Source of the DNA: a virus
Taxonomy: Duplodnaviria; Heunggongvirae; Uroviricota; Caudoviricetes
Reading direction: 5' to 3' (one strand)
IMG/VR virus record: IMGVR_UViG_3300044675_001501
Location: 128,001 to 169,497 of that record
DNA length: 41,497 nucleotides
In this document: one piece after another, positions 25,719 to 33,975 of the stretch
How positions within the stretch are numbered: the stretch's first letter is position 1
How the letters are laid out: the number at the start of each line of letters is the position of its first letter
Made by a program: the position numbers and the translations under genes
The notes under the pieces: generated by a model
The model's database searches: none
Told to the model about the DNA's origin: nothing
What the model saw: the letters and a program-made list of their open reading frames with translations, nothing else

Positions 25719-28153
25719 TTTCTAATCCTATCTCTTTCTAGTCTGCGAACTCTAGGAGCCATACGCATAGCAATTCTATTCAAGACTGGCTTCATTCTTT
25801 GGATTCTTTGCTCTAGTCTTTCTTTCTCAGCAACCGAAAGTTTATTTAGTGGCTTCTTAGCAAGTCTTTGCTTAATGGTTTTAATAGCCATTCTTCTTGC
25901 TCTGTTATTGATAGTCTTAGTGTCAGAAGTTTTTCTTAGGGCAATTTGTAATCTGCGCTCACGTTTTGCTTCTGTTCTTTTGAATCTAGCTTTTGCTTTA
26001 ATTCTCTCGATACGAGATAAGACTTCCATAAGATTGGATTCTTTAACTGGGTCTAGATTATTTTCGTCATCGATCTCGATCTCTTCACCAGTGTCAGCAT
26101 CAACAACTGCTAGTTCTTCATCGTCATAACCATGCTCTAAGATATCCTCATCAGTCATGCTGTTAACAATAGCATCAATTTCCTCATCAGTCATTTCCTC
26201 GAAATCCTCAGATCCTTCTGGAAACTGCGCATCAGCATGCAGTGGTAGAGCTTCTTTATTAATCTCTTCTTCGTCAATAACTCTTTGCGCCCACATCTCT
26301 TCGTTCTCAAGAACTGGAATATCTAAGTCTTCATTTGTTTTAGTTACTACTTTAGCAGTTCCTACCATCTGATCTTTTGGTTCAATTGGTTTATAATTTT
26401 TCTCTTGCTCTTTACGCTTCATCATAGCGTTATATGCAACACTGCCTTTACGTGGCTTCTTAGCGCCATAAGAAAAAGGACCTGCTTCTTGAATCTCAGT
26501 TTCTTCTTTATTCAATTCCTCGCCAACTTTGATTCTATGCGCACGAACCTTTTTACCAGAAGGAGACAACTTATAATCAGAAGTATCCATTTCGCCCTCA
26601 CCTAATTGGTAATTGCGCTTCATCTTTCTTAGATGATCCTTCTTGTGAAACTCTCTGAATTTTAGAATATTTTGCATAGCTTCTTCTTCTTGTAGTTTAG
26701 ACTGTAAAAGTTTTTCATCGTAATCAATACCAACGTCATCGGCTAAGTCGAGCATTCTCTTGACGATAGCAACTGAGTCGGGATTAAGTGTTCTGCTCTT
26801 TAGTTTTCTTAAACCAGCGTCAACTAATAAGTCAGGATCAGACATTGATTCTGGATTCTCAACACCAAGCATAGCTGCGATAACTCTAGCAACTTTAATC
26901 TTATCGGTTGGTTTAATTGTTTTACTTGTTAGTGGCTGATCTTCTTCGCTTAGTATTGCGCCTCTAACACCTTTAGAGAAATCGTATTCGTCTTGCATCT
27001 CGCCCTTACCAAGTTCTTTAAAGTTGCTTAGCATATCTTGCAGTTCATGTAAATGCATATGCCAGTAATCTTGATGATGAACAAATTCGTTCAGTCCTTC
27101 AAGAAGCATTCTTGCTCTTTCGTGAGCAAGAATCCACATTTCTAGTTCTTCTGGATTTGGCTTCTTATCGGTGTCAATATGAACATCGTTAAGACCCATA
27201 TAAGTGTCTGTTGCTTTTATTGCTTCAAGAACTTCTTGCGGATGAGTGTTACCAGATCTTTGAATTGTCATCTCAAACGCTTTTGAGACATAGTCGTGGT
27301 GATGGAAGTTCTTTGTTGTATAACCGCCAAAGGTAATTTCAGTTGGAGTATAACCAACCTGAACATCTTCAACGAACTGAACTTCATGAATCCACTTTGA
27401 ATGTAATGAACCATCTTCAGCTTTCACTAGAAGATGGTTAGAACCTCTTTTAACAATAGAGAATGTTTCTTCGTTACATGTAACCGTGTCGCCTACATTA
27501 AAGATCTCTCCTCTAAAATACTTTTCTCTAAGTTCATCAACAACAATGTTTAGGGATTCTTTAACTGGCTGTAGACCTGACGCTTTTCTAAGTTCGTTCA
27601 TTAAACGACGAGCATCTAGATCAGTAATCGTATGCGGTAGTCCTGTTTTGAATAGCTTGAAGTCGCCTTTCTTAGCAGCTTCGCGCATCTTAGTTCCTGA
27701 CATTCCTGAAGCATCATCAGCATCTGGATCACGTTCGCCAGCGGAGACAACTTCAATGGAATCGAAGTTAAAATCTTTGCCGTTATATGTGGTTAGAAGT
27801 TTCTTGTATTCAGCAATACGATCGCTACCAGCGACCATTACAATATGCTTATACTTTTTGTTTAGAGCAGCAGCAACTTCCATGAAAGTTCTTTGCTGGT
27901 CTGTAGCAGGAGCGAAGTTCATACCTGGAAACATGCGCTTCAGGTAATATATTTTTCTTTCTACTGCTAGGGGATTCTTTTTGGCGTCTTGAGTTTTAGA
28001 CGCATAGATGACATGGTCAGCTGTTGTTCCAGCTATCTTTTTGACTGTCTTTACTAGAAGTTCGTGACCTATCGTTGGTGGCTGGAAGCGACCAAAGGCA
28101 AACACTATCTTTTTAGGAGGTAGCCCCTCCATTAACTGTTTAAACTTTTTCAT
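25715..28153 (-). CDS. HIGH-superfamily nucleotidyltransferase domain fused to acidic/basic modules (812 aa)
   Basis: FGRFQPPTIGHELL, VAGSDR, SAGERDPD, MSGTKMR: cytidylyltransferase-like family of T4-like aquatic phages. Confidence 0.8.
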   Translation of the reverse strand: MKKFKQLMEGLPPKKIVFAFGRFQPPTIGHELLVKTVKKIAGTTADHVIYASKTQDAKKNPLAVERKIYYLKRMFPGMNFAPATDQQRTFMEVAAALNKKYKHIVMVAGSDRIAEYKKLLTTYNGKDFNFDSIEVVSAGERDPDADDASGMSGTKMREAAKKGDFKLFKTGLPHTITDLDARRLMNELRKASGLQPVKESLNIVVDELREKYFRGEIFNVGDTVTCNEETFSIVKRGSNHLLVKAEDGSLHSKWIHEVQFVEDVQVGYTPTEITFGGYTTKNFHHHDYVSKAFEMTIQRSGNTHPQEVLEAIKATDTYMGLNDVHIDTDKKPNPEELEMWILAHERARMLLEGLNEFVHHQDYWHMHLHELQDMLSNFKELGKGEMQDEYDFSKGVRGAILSEEDQPLTSKTIKPTDKIKVARVIAAMLGVENPESMSDPDLLVDAGLRKLKSRTLNPDSVAIVKRMLDLADDVGIDYDEKLLQSKLQEEEAMQNILKFREFHKKDHLRKMKRNYQLGEGEMDTSDYKLSPSGKKVRAHRIKVGEELNKEETEIQEAGPFSYGAKKPRKGSVAYNAMMKRKEQEKNYKPIEPKDQMVGTAKVVTKTNEDLDIPVLENEEMWAQRVIDEEEINKEALPLHADAQFPEGSEDFEEMTDEEIDAIVNSMTDEDILEHGYDDEELAVVDADTGEEIEIDDENNLDPVKESNLMEVLSRIERIKAKARFKRTEAKRERRLQIALRKTSDTKTINNRARRMAIKTIKQRLAKKPLNKLSVAEKERLEQRIQRMKPVLNRIAMRMAPRVRRLERDRIRK

Positions 28154-28185
28154 CTTTACCCATCTACAAAACTTACATTTACATC

Positions 28186-28193
28186 TATTTATA
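28186..28193 (-). promoter_or_regulatory. T4-type late promoter
   Basis: Intergenic TATAAATA about 32 nt upstream of the 812-aa gene. Confidence 0.75.
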
Positions 28194-28199
28194 TGTTTT

Positions 28200-29429
28200 T
28201 TATCTTTGCCAACCCTTTATAACGTCGGCTGAGAAGTTCGCCTTGGAGAACTCCATACGATTAACTATCTTTACAGCACCACCTGTTAGATGGTCGATAG
28301 CAACGAATCCCTCAACTCCAGTTACCTTAAACCCATTAGAGGTCTTAATGAAGGTAGAGATATGACCAGCTTGGTTCATCTTAGAAACAATCTGGTTCTT
28401 AATATCCGTAAGCATATTTGCTATGTCGAATATCTTCACGATTTCTCTCTTATCGTGGTTGGCGAAAAAAGCCATAATCTTCTTACGCTTGTCTTCCTGA
28501 GCAGACTTACCCTTCTCGGTTTTCTTAGAGTCTATCTCTTTTTGGTATTTATCGTGAATATAGTTGAATAATCCAGTAACATGGGCATTGGTGTCAGAGA
28601 TTAACTGCCCAGCCCTGATCTTTGTATTGTTGTATGTCTTAACCAGAGTTAGAAGATCATCGTCATTGGATATAGCATTTAATGTGATGGAATCCATTGA
28701 CTTGAACAGCGCACCAACATTGGAAAGTTGAGATGTTACATGATCAGTTTCTGCCTTTGTAAAGGTGGCAGTTCCAGAATAATCTTTGTAGTTTGCGTCA
28801 TCCATCCAGACAGTTGGTGGGTGGCTAAACTTAGAAACGATTGGTTGCCCAAATGAAGCAGTCATCGTATCAAAAGATTTTCCAGTGTAGGTTGTATGCC
28901 AGACGACTCCAATTTTAGCACTGCGTATTTTACGACCAAGATCGCTATCATAAGGAACAGCATAGACAATAGTATTAGGATGAAAGGTTATATACTTTTC
29001 GCCATCAATAGTTTCGACTTTCGTGTCATCAGTGAACATTAAGTCGCCTTGATAGACTCCCGATTTGATTCCAAACTTCTTAAATTCCTGGAGAGCAATC
29101 TTTAGCTTAGTTGCTAGTTCGCCAGTTGTATCAGCATCTATTTCAGCTGGCGTCTTATAAACCTTTGGGTCTTTATTAAAGACACCCTTCTTTGCTACAA
29201 AAAATTTACCATCACGTGGATCAACGCCAGCAAACACAGCTGGTGCGCCATCCCACTTAACAGTCGTAGTAATCTTACTTGTAGAATGACCAGCGAGCAT
29301 ATCACGCAGGTCTCTTAAGAAATTAATCGCTTTACGTGTCCCAGCTACACCTTCATTGAAGACCAAATCTTCAAGGTGTTCCATATGGACATTCTTTTCT
29401 TCTTTAATAAAGTCTTTTAATTTTTTCAT
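28200..29429 (-). CDS. Ligase/nucleotidyltransferase-fold protein (DUF6267-like by recall; 409 aa)
   Basis: HMEHLED, TVKWDGAP (KxDG motif I), YQGDLMF, EGFVA, VKIV: motif order of the RNA/DNA ligase superfamily. Confidence 0.6.
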   Translation of the reverse strand: MKKLKDFIKEEKNVHMEHLEDLVFNEGVAGTRKAINFLRDLRDMLAGHSTSKITTTVKWDGAPAVFAGVDPRDGKFFVAKKGVFNKDPKVYKTPAEIDADTTGELATKLKIALQEFKKFGIKSGVYQGDLMFTDDTKVETIDGEKYITFHPNTIVYAVPYDSDLGRKIRSAKIGVVWHTTYTGKSFDTMTASFGQPIVSKFSHPPTVWMDDANYKDYSGTATFTKAETDHVTSQLSNVGALFKSMDSITLNAISNDDDLLTLVKTYNNTKIRAGQLISDTNAHVTGLFNYIHDKYQKEIDSKKTEKGKSAQEDKRKKIMAFFANHDKREIVKIFDIANMLTDIKNQIVSKMNQAGHISTFIKTSNGFKVTGVEGFVAIDHLTGGAVKIVNRMEFSKANFSADVIKGWQR

Positions 29430-30043
29430 CTTATTGTCTTAATTTTCCCATCAGGATAAGCGAAGTATGCTTCAAACTTAACATCAGGGAATTCAGTTTT
29501 TAACTTTAGAAATTCTTTTAGGTTGCTCATTGCGTCATCAAACAATCTAACCTTAGAGAAGGTTCCAACTCTTAGATAGTTTCTAATGATAATTGCTTTC
29601 TTGAACGCAGGTATAAACTCACCACTGATATTTCCTGCACGTTCAACTCTAACCTTGTCGATATCAAATCCATGTTTGCGGAAAGTTGCTAAGAACTTTT
29701 CTTTATCGTCAAAGTTTGCTCTAGCAGTAACGATAACAACTTTACTTAGAGGATTCTTCTGAGCATTTTTTAGAATTATCTTCGCCTTCTCTAACATTCG
29801 GGCAATAGGTTTAGACTCAGTATAGAATTTATGAGCATCTCTAAATTCAGAAAAGTCGAAAGTTTCGCCAGCTTCCAACTTGTAAGTATTGAATTCATTG
29901 TTTGTTAACTTTTTAATAACATTTCCATTTTTGACAACAGCGATTTGTGCAGTTGTATGGAACAGGGTATCATCGATATCAAATATCGTCAGGCTACCCC
30001 TATTGTCTGTCTCTTCAGCTAGATATTCTTTAAACCTTATCAT
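29426..30043 (-). CDS. HAD-superfamily phosphatase (polynucleotide 3'-phosphatase-like)
   Basis: FDIDDTLF motif I, VTAR motif II, conserved K, LFDD motif IV. Confidence 0.85.
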   Translation of the reverse strand: MIRFKEYLAEETDNRGSLTIFDIDDTLFHTTAQIAVVKNGNVIKKLTNNEFNTYKLEAGETFDFSEFRDAHKFYTESKPIARMLEKAKIILKNAQKNPLSKVVIVTARANFDDKEKFLATFRKHGFDIDKVRVERAGNISGEFIPAFKKAIIIRNYLRVGTFSKVRLFDDAMSNLKEFLKLKTEFPDVKFEAYFAYPDGKIKTIR

Positions 30044-30049
30044 ACCTTT

Positions 30050-30078
30050 ATTATACCTTATTCTTGTATTAATGTCAA
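30050..30078 (-). promoter_or_regulatory. Consensus sigma70 promoter
   Basis: TTGACA-N17-TATAAT; ATG follows the -10 by 6 nt. Confidence 0.9.
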
Positions 30079-30080
30079 GG

Positions 30081-30105
30081 ATACCCCTACCGCCAGTAGG
30101 GTTAT
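30081..30105. repeat. Inverted repeat CCCTAC-N5-GTAGGG, second copy
   Basis: ATACCCCTAC-CGCCA-GTAGGGTTAT; arms nearly identical to 3910-3934. Confidence 0.75.
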
Positions 30106-31412
30106 TGTAGGATCGTGTAAAGGCAAGCGCCAGTGGTCAACTTCTTTGAACTGAAGTAACAGTAAGTCATGACCTCTTGGAACTGTTTTGCGTTCTTTGG
30201 CAAACCAACGATAGCATAAAGGTAAGATATGATATTAGCGAATCGATCTTTAGTCAAACTGTCTGCTTTCTTAAAAAGCAGTTCAGCATCTTTATATGTT
30301 CCGATTGTGTTAGATAGTCTTGGCTGTTTAGCGAACAATGTTTTGAGTTCAGCCATAGCAAGTTTCTGGTCGTTAGCTGTTACGCCTATTCCGCTTCTTA
30401 GATCATAACCAAACTTCTCTTTAATCCAAGGTCCAAAAGTTTTAGCATCAACAGCACCTAGCTGATAACCAGCACCAATAAACCTTCCTTCTAGAGACAC
30501 GTTTAGTGTTGTAGCAGACGCTTTAAATCCGCAACGAACAGCGAATCCAGATTTAGTTTGAACAATGAAGTTAGCGAATGTGTCTGAGAGATCAACTTTC
30601 TCGAAGTTAAAATCGTATTCTAACTTCTGATTCATTTGCGATGATGCATCAATCACACTAAATGTTGACTCGGGTGAAGTGACTTGTTTTAGAGAGACAG
30701 GATAGACCTCTCCTTTTTTATAAGCATTAGCGATACTGTTGTTTAATTCGTCTAAAGAGTTAGCCCCAGTAATTTTAGTCATATTAAAAGTCTTTTTGAT
30801 TAACCAGACATCAGCAGGATTCCAGTTATCGTTAGACTTCTTTGAGTACAGTCTACCTAGTTTATAGACTTCTTCAGTTTTATCTTTACCTTGACGTTCG
30901 TAGTGGAAGCCTTTAGATTTTATCTGCTTCTTCAACGCTTTTGTCTGTTTAAGAGCACTCTCATAATAGACAGTGTCGTAATACTTTTCTTTATCTTTAC
31001 CGAGCTTATCTCTAATTTGATCTTCAGTTAGTGTTTTACCATTTTCAATAGCAGCTTCAAACATGTACATACTGATGAGTTCTTTAATCTCAGTTAGTAG
31101 ACCAGTATTACTTTTTGAGTTTTCGCTGTAGTGATTGAAGATATTGTCTAGTGCGCTGGCAGATCCACTGAATAGAACAACCTTATTTTTGTTGTCCTTC
31201 ATGTAGATGATATCATTACCAGCAGTAATTGCTATGCTCTTAGCAACCTTTATAGTCTTAAGATTGTTTCTTACAATGGAGAATATTGATTGCCCTGGAA
31301 CATAGCCAGCTTTAGTTAATACGGATTTTGCTGTGGCTGACATCTTGCTACCTTCTTTTAAGATAACCTTATGTCCTTCTCCATATTTTGCTGAACCAAC
31401 TATCGAAGCCAT
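30102..31412 (-). CDS. Hypothetical protein, possible PD-(D/E)xK-type nuclease (436 aa)
   Basis: KELIS...DNWNPADVWL...VSLKQ could form the E..PxD..xLK catalytic pattern; GGAGG RBS before ATG at 31412. Confidence 0.45.
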   Translation of the reverse strand: MASIVGSAKYGEGHKVILKEGSKMSATAKSVLTKAGYVPGQSIFSIVRNNLKTIKVAKSIAITAGNDIIYMKDNKNKVVLFSGSASALDNIFNHYSENSKSNTGLLTEIKELISMYMFEAAIENGKTLTEDQIRDKLGKDKEKYYDTVYYESALKQTKALKKQIKSKGFHYERQGKDKTEEVYKLGRLYSKKSNDNWNPADVWLIKKTFNMTKITGANSLDELNNSIANAYKKGEVYPVSLKQVTSPESTFSVIDASSQMNQKLEYDFNFEKVDLSDTFANFIVQTKSGFAVRCGFKASATTLNVSLEGRFIGAGYQLGAVDAKTFGPWIKEKFGYDLRSGIGVTANDQKLAMAELKTLFAKQPRLSNTIGTYKDAELLFKKADSLTKDRFANIISYLYAIVGLPKNAKQFQEVMTYCYFSSKKLTTGACLYTILQ

Positions 31413-31437
31413 CAAACCTCCAAACAAATTAATGCTT

Positions 31438-31468
31438 CTTCGCCAGACAACTGGCGAAGTCGCCAGTT
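31438..31468. repeat. Triple TCGCCAG element forming alternative hairpins
   Basis: CTTCGCCAG-ACAA-CTGGCGAAG and AACTGGCGA-AG-TCGCCAGTT share the central arm. Confidence 0.7.
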
Positions 31469-31473
31469 AACAA

Positions 31474-31788
31474 TTACTCATAATCTTTCATAGACTTCTT
31501 AATTGCATCTGGGTGATGGTGCCCATGATCATGCAATCTCATAACAGGCGCACTTGATGCTCCTGGTTCAGAAGTGTGTAATAAAGTCGATGGCTTTCCC
31601 CTATGGGTTGTGTGCCAAACTTTATGATGAGCGCCATGTTCATCTTTCCACTCATGTGTTGGTTTATTCGTCGAAGCATGCTTTTGATGTTTGCTTTCTG
31701 CTTCATCAGATTCGCCAACGTCAACTTCTTCAACCAAAGACGGTTTTGTGTTTAGATAGTCTATTGTAGCTTCAATTAATTTACTCAT
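31474..31788 (-). CDS. His-rich hypothetical protein (104 aa)
   Basis: GGAG RBS, CTAAATA upstream, LVEE site followed by a His-rich module. Confidence 0.65.
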   Translation of the reverse strand: MSKLIEATIDYLNTKPSLVEEVDVGESDEAESKHQKHASTNKPTHEWKDEHGAHHKVWHTTHRGKPSTLLHTSEPGASSAPVMRLHDHGHHHPDAIKKSMKDYE

Positions 31789-31819
31789 AAGATCTCCTAT
31801 TGAAAAATAGATTGTAACT

Positions 31820-32536
31820 CTATTTAGGTTTATAGTGTGCACGAATTTGTCGTTCGTACTTTCGCTCCCATTTCATAATTTGTGTAAACAATTTAGGGAT
31901 AGCGTGGTTGTTTCTAGAATCGAAATTAAATGTCTTTAAGAAATAGCGAAGAGTCTGGGAGTCCCTCTTATACTTTGATCTTTGTACTAGCGTCTCTGTT
32001 GGAACTGTAGGAACATACTGTTTAAATTCTAAGAGAACGCAGTGCGCATATGCCTGTATCTCATCAAACTCAGAAAGGTATTTTCTTTCTTCGTTCTTCT
32101 TCTCTTGGCGCACCTTCTTATATGGAAGAACGTAATTAGACCACTCATCATTTCTTCTGTCAAACTGCATAAAGTGAATCAACTCATGCATAGTTACTTG
32201 AATTAAACGAAACTTAAATTTACTCCAAGTATCTTTTCTAAACTTAAATGTGTCAAAGTGGTCAGTGTATATGTGGATTGTAGACTGACGTAAGGTAGGA
32301 TCGTACTCTCCACCACAAGCAACCTTAACATTGTATATGTTGGCTTTAGAAGGTTCCTTTCGGAACTCTATCTTTGTTCGCCATTTCTTAAAGTAATTAG
32401 ATAAACCTTTGCTGTCGTTCTTGTAACTGTCTAAGTCCACCCACACTTTTGCTGGAATGAACTTGGCTCTGAATGGACGCTCATAGAAATTGAGCATCTC
32501 CATCCAGTCAAAGTTACATTTTTCTAGGAAGTTCAT
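31820..32536 (-). CDS. HExxH zinc-metallopeptidase-like protein (238 aa)
   Basis: MHELIHFMQ plus downstream DEIQAYA (gluzincin-like third ligand). Confidence 0.65.
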   Translation of the reverse strand: MNFLEKCNFDWMEMLNFYERPFRAKFIPAKVWVDLDSYKNDSKGLSNYFKKWRTKIEFRKEPSKANIYNVKVACGGEYDPTLRQSTIHIYTDHFDTFKFRKDTWSKFKFRLIQVTMHELIHFMQFDRRNDEWSNYVLPYKKVRQEKKNEERKYLSEFDEIQAYAHCVLLEFKQYVPTVPTETLVQRSKYKRDSQTLRYFLKTFNFDSRNNHAIPKLFTQIMKWERKYERQIRAHYKPK

Positions 32537-32542
32537 GGTATT

Positions 32543-32572
32543 ATTATACTCCCTGAAATGACAAAAAGTCAA
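32543..32572 (-). promoter_or_regulatory. Sigma70-type promoter
   Basis: TTGACT-N18-TATAAT; ATG follows the -10 by 6 nt. Confidence 0.75.
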
Positions 32573-32625
32573 GACACCTGTTATTTAGGGTATCCTGACT
32601 TTTTTGTATTTTTCGTAATGCGAAA

Positions 32626-33975
32626 TTAGCCAAAGAACGAGTCTAAGGTCGCCTCCTCAACTGGCTCAAAGTGGCTTTCCCACAGGTTATTGCCATTGGT
32701 AACTGCCCTTGGATCTCTGGTCAAAGAACCAGTGTCGTTCTCTGGATAATATCCAGCGTTCTTACCCATAGCCAAATCAACATACTGCTGGGCGATTATT
32801 CTTCTGTCGAACAGCTTGAGAACTTCATAGTTTCTCTGGACGATCTCTTGATACTTGTCCTCACTAATAGCCATGTAACAATTGATCATGTCGCCAAACT
32901 GTTTTGGCGTTGCGTCGTGAGGAATCATAAGATAGTTTTCATCAACCTTAAACAAGGTTCCGTTGCCATGCTCATGATCTGAAACTCCAAGATTTCTAGC
33001 AATAGGAACTACGCCAACTCGCATAGCATCTACGATAACACGATTAAAGTGTTCACCGTAAGTTGTAGTCCAAGAAGTGTCGATTAGAAACTTAGATTTC
33101 TTTAGAATACTATCACGCTTTTGCTCAGTGATGAATCCGATATAAGCCATATTTCCAGTAGCCATAGCATTATCCCAGATTTTCTTACCGATCATATCGT
33201 CAGTAGCATTAGGATCTTTTTCTTTGCTGCAGAAATATTCTGGCTTACACTTATCAGGAGAAGTCATATAAGCACGTTCCATACCATCACCAGCAACAAT
33301 AATCTTACCGTTGATATAAGGAACAGCAGCAACAAGTTCATCAACACGCTTCCATCTCTTAAATGTTTGTAGAGATAGAATTACGTTTTCTCTTTTATCC
33401 CATGCTCCTGGTGTCGGCAGAACTGTTAGATCCTGCGGATTAAGAATCATGTTTCTAGGAACAGGCATAAAGTCAGCAGACTTATACGCAGCTGGGTGAA
33501 CGCATGCGATACCAGAAAACTTATGAGAGAATTTATGGATCCAGCTGTATAGTTTCTTTAGATTACCGTCATGAATAATAACTACCTGTTTGGCAGTTAG
33601 TTCCTCAACCATTGGAATCCAGTCAGTAAACTTCTCAGTCTCTGAGTTCTTAAACCCGAAGATAGATTGCCAGATAACAATGTCATGCTTGTTAGCATCT
33701 TCAACAAACTTACGAATACTATTCTGGTTCTTAAGAGAATAGTATGGAGCAATCCAACCTTTACCTTGATGAACAGGAAATCCAGTTCCAGCACCAAACT
33801 CATAACCTTCTGGGCAAACAGTTGTATCTACTGGTCTAGGATCAGTTTGCGTTGGTTTAATATAAGCAAAAGTTACATCATGACCCAAGTCTTTCAGACC
33901 AGCAATCAATTGCTCATTATGATTAATGATACCTCCAAAATTATTGAAGGTATGCATGGGAATAAAAATCTTCAT
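32626..33975 (-). CDS. GT-B fold glycosyltransferase (GT4-like), probably DNA-modifying
   Basis: N-terminal FGGIINH...LKDLGHDV, KRWKRVD, VAGDG, EHFNRVIVDAM..G; C-terminal TLDSFFG clamp-type peptide. Confidence 0.8.
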   Translation of the reverse strand: MKIFIPMHTFNNFGGIINHNEQLIAGLKDLGHDVTFAYIKPTQTDPRPVDTTVCPEGYEFGAGTGFPVHQGKGWIAPYYSLKNQNSIRKFVEDANKHDIVIWQSIFGFKNSETEKFTDWIPMVEELTAKQVVIIHDGNLKKLYSWIHKFSHKFSGIACVHPAAYKSADFMPVPRNMILNPQDLTVLPTPGAWDKRENVILSLQTFKRWKRVDELVAAVPYINGKIIVAGDGMERAYMTSPDKCKPEYFCSKEKDPNATDDMIGKKIWDNAMATGNMAYIGFITEQKRDSILKKSKFLIDTSWTTTYGEHFNRVIVDAMRVGVVPIARNLGVSDHEHGNGTLFKVDENYLMIPHDATPKQFGDMINCYMAISEDKYQEIVQRNYEVLKLFDRRIIAQQYVDLAMGKNAGYYPENDTGSLTRDPRAVTNGNNLWESHFEPVEEATLDSFFG

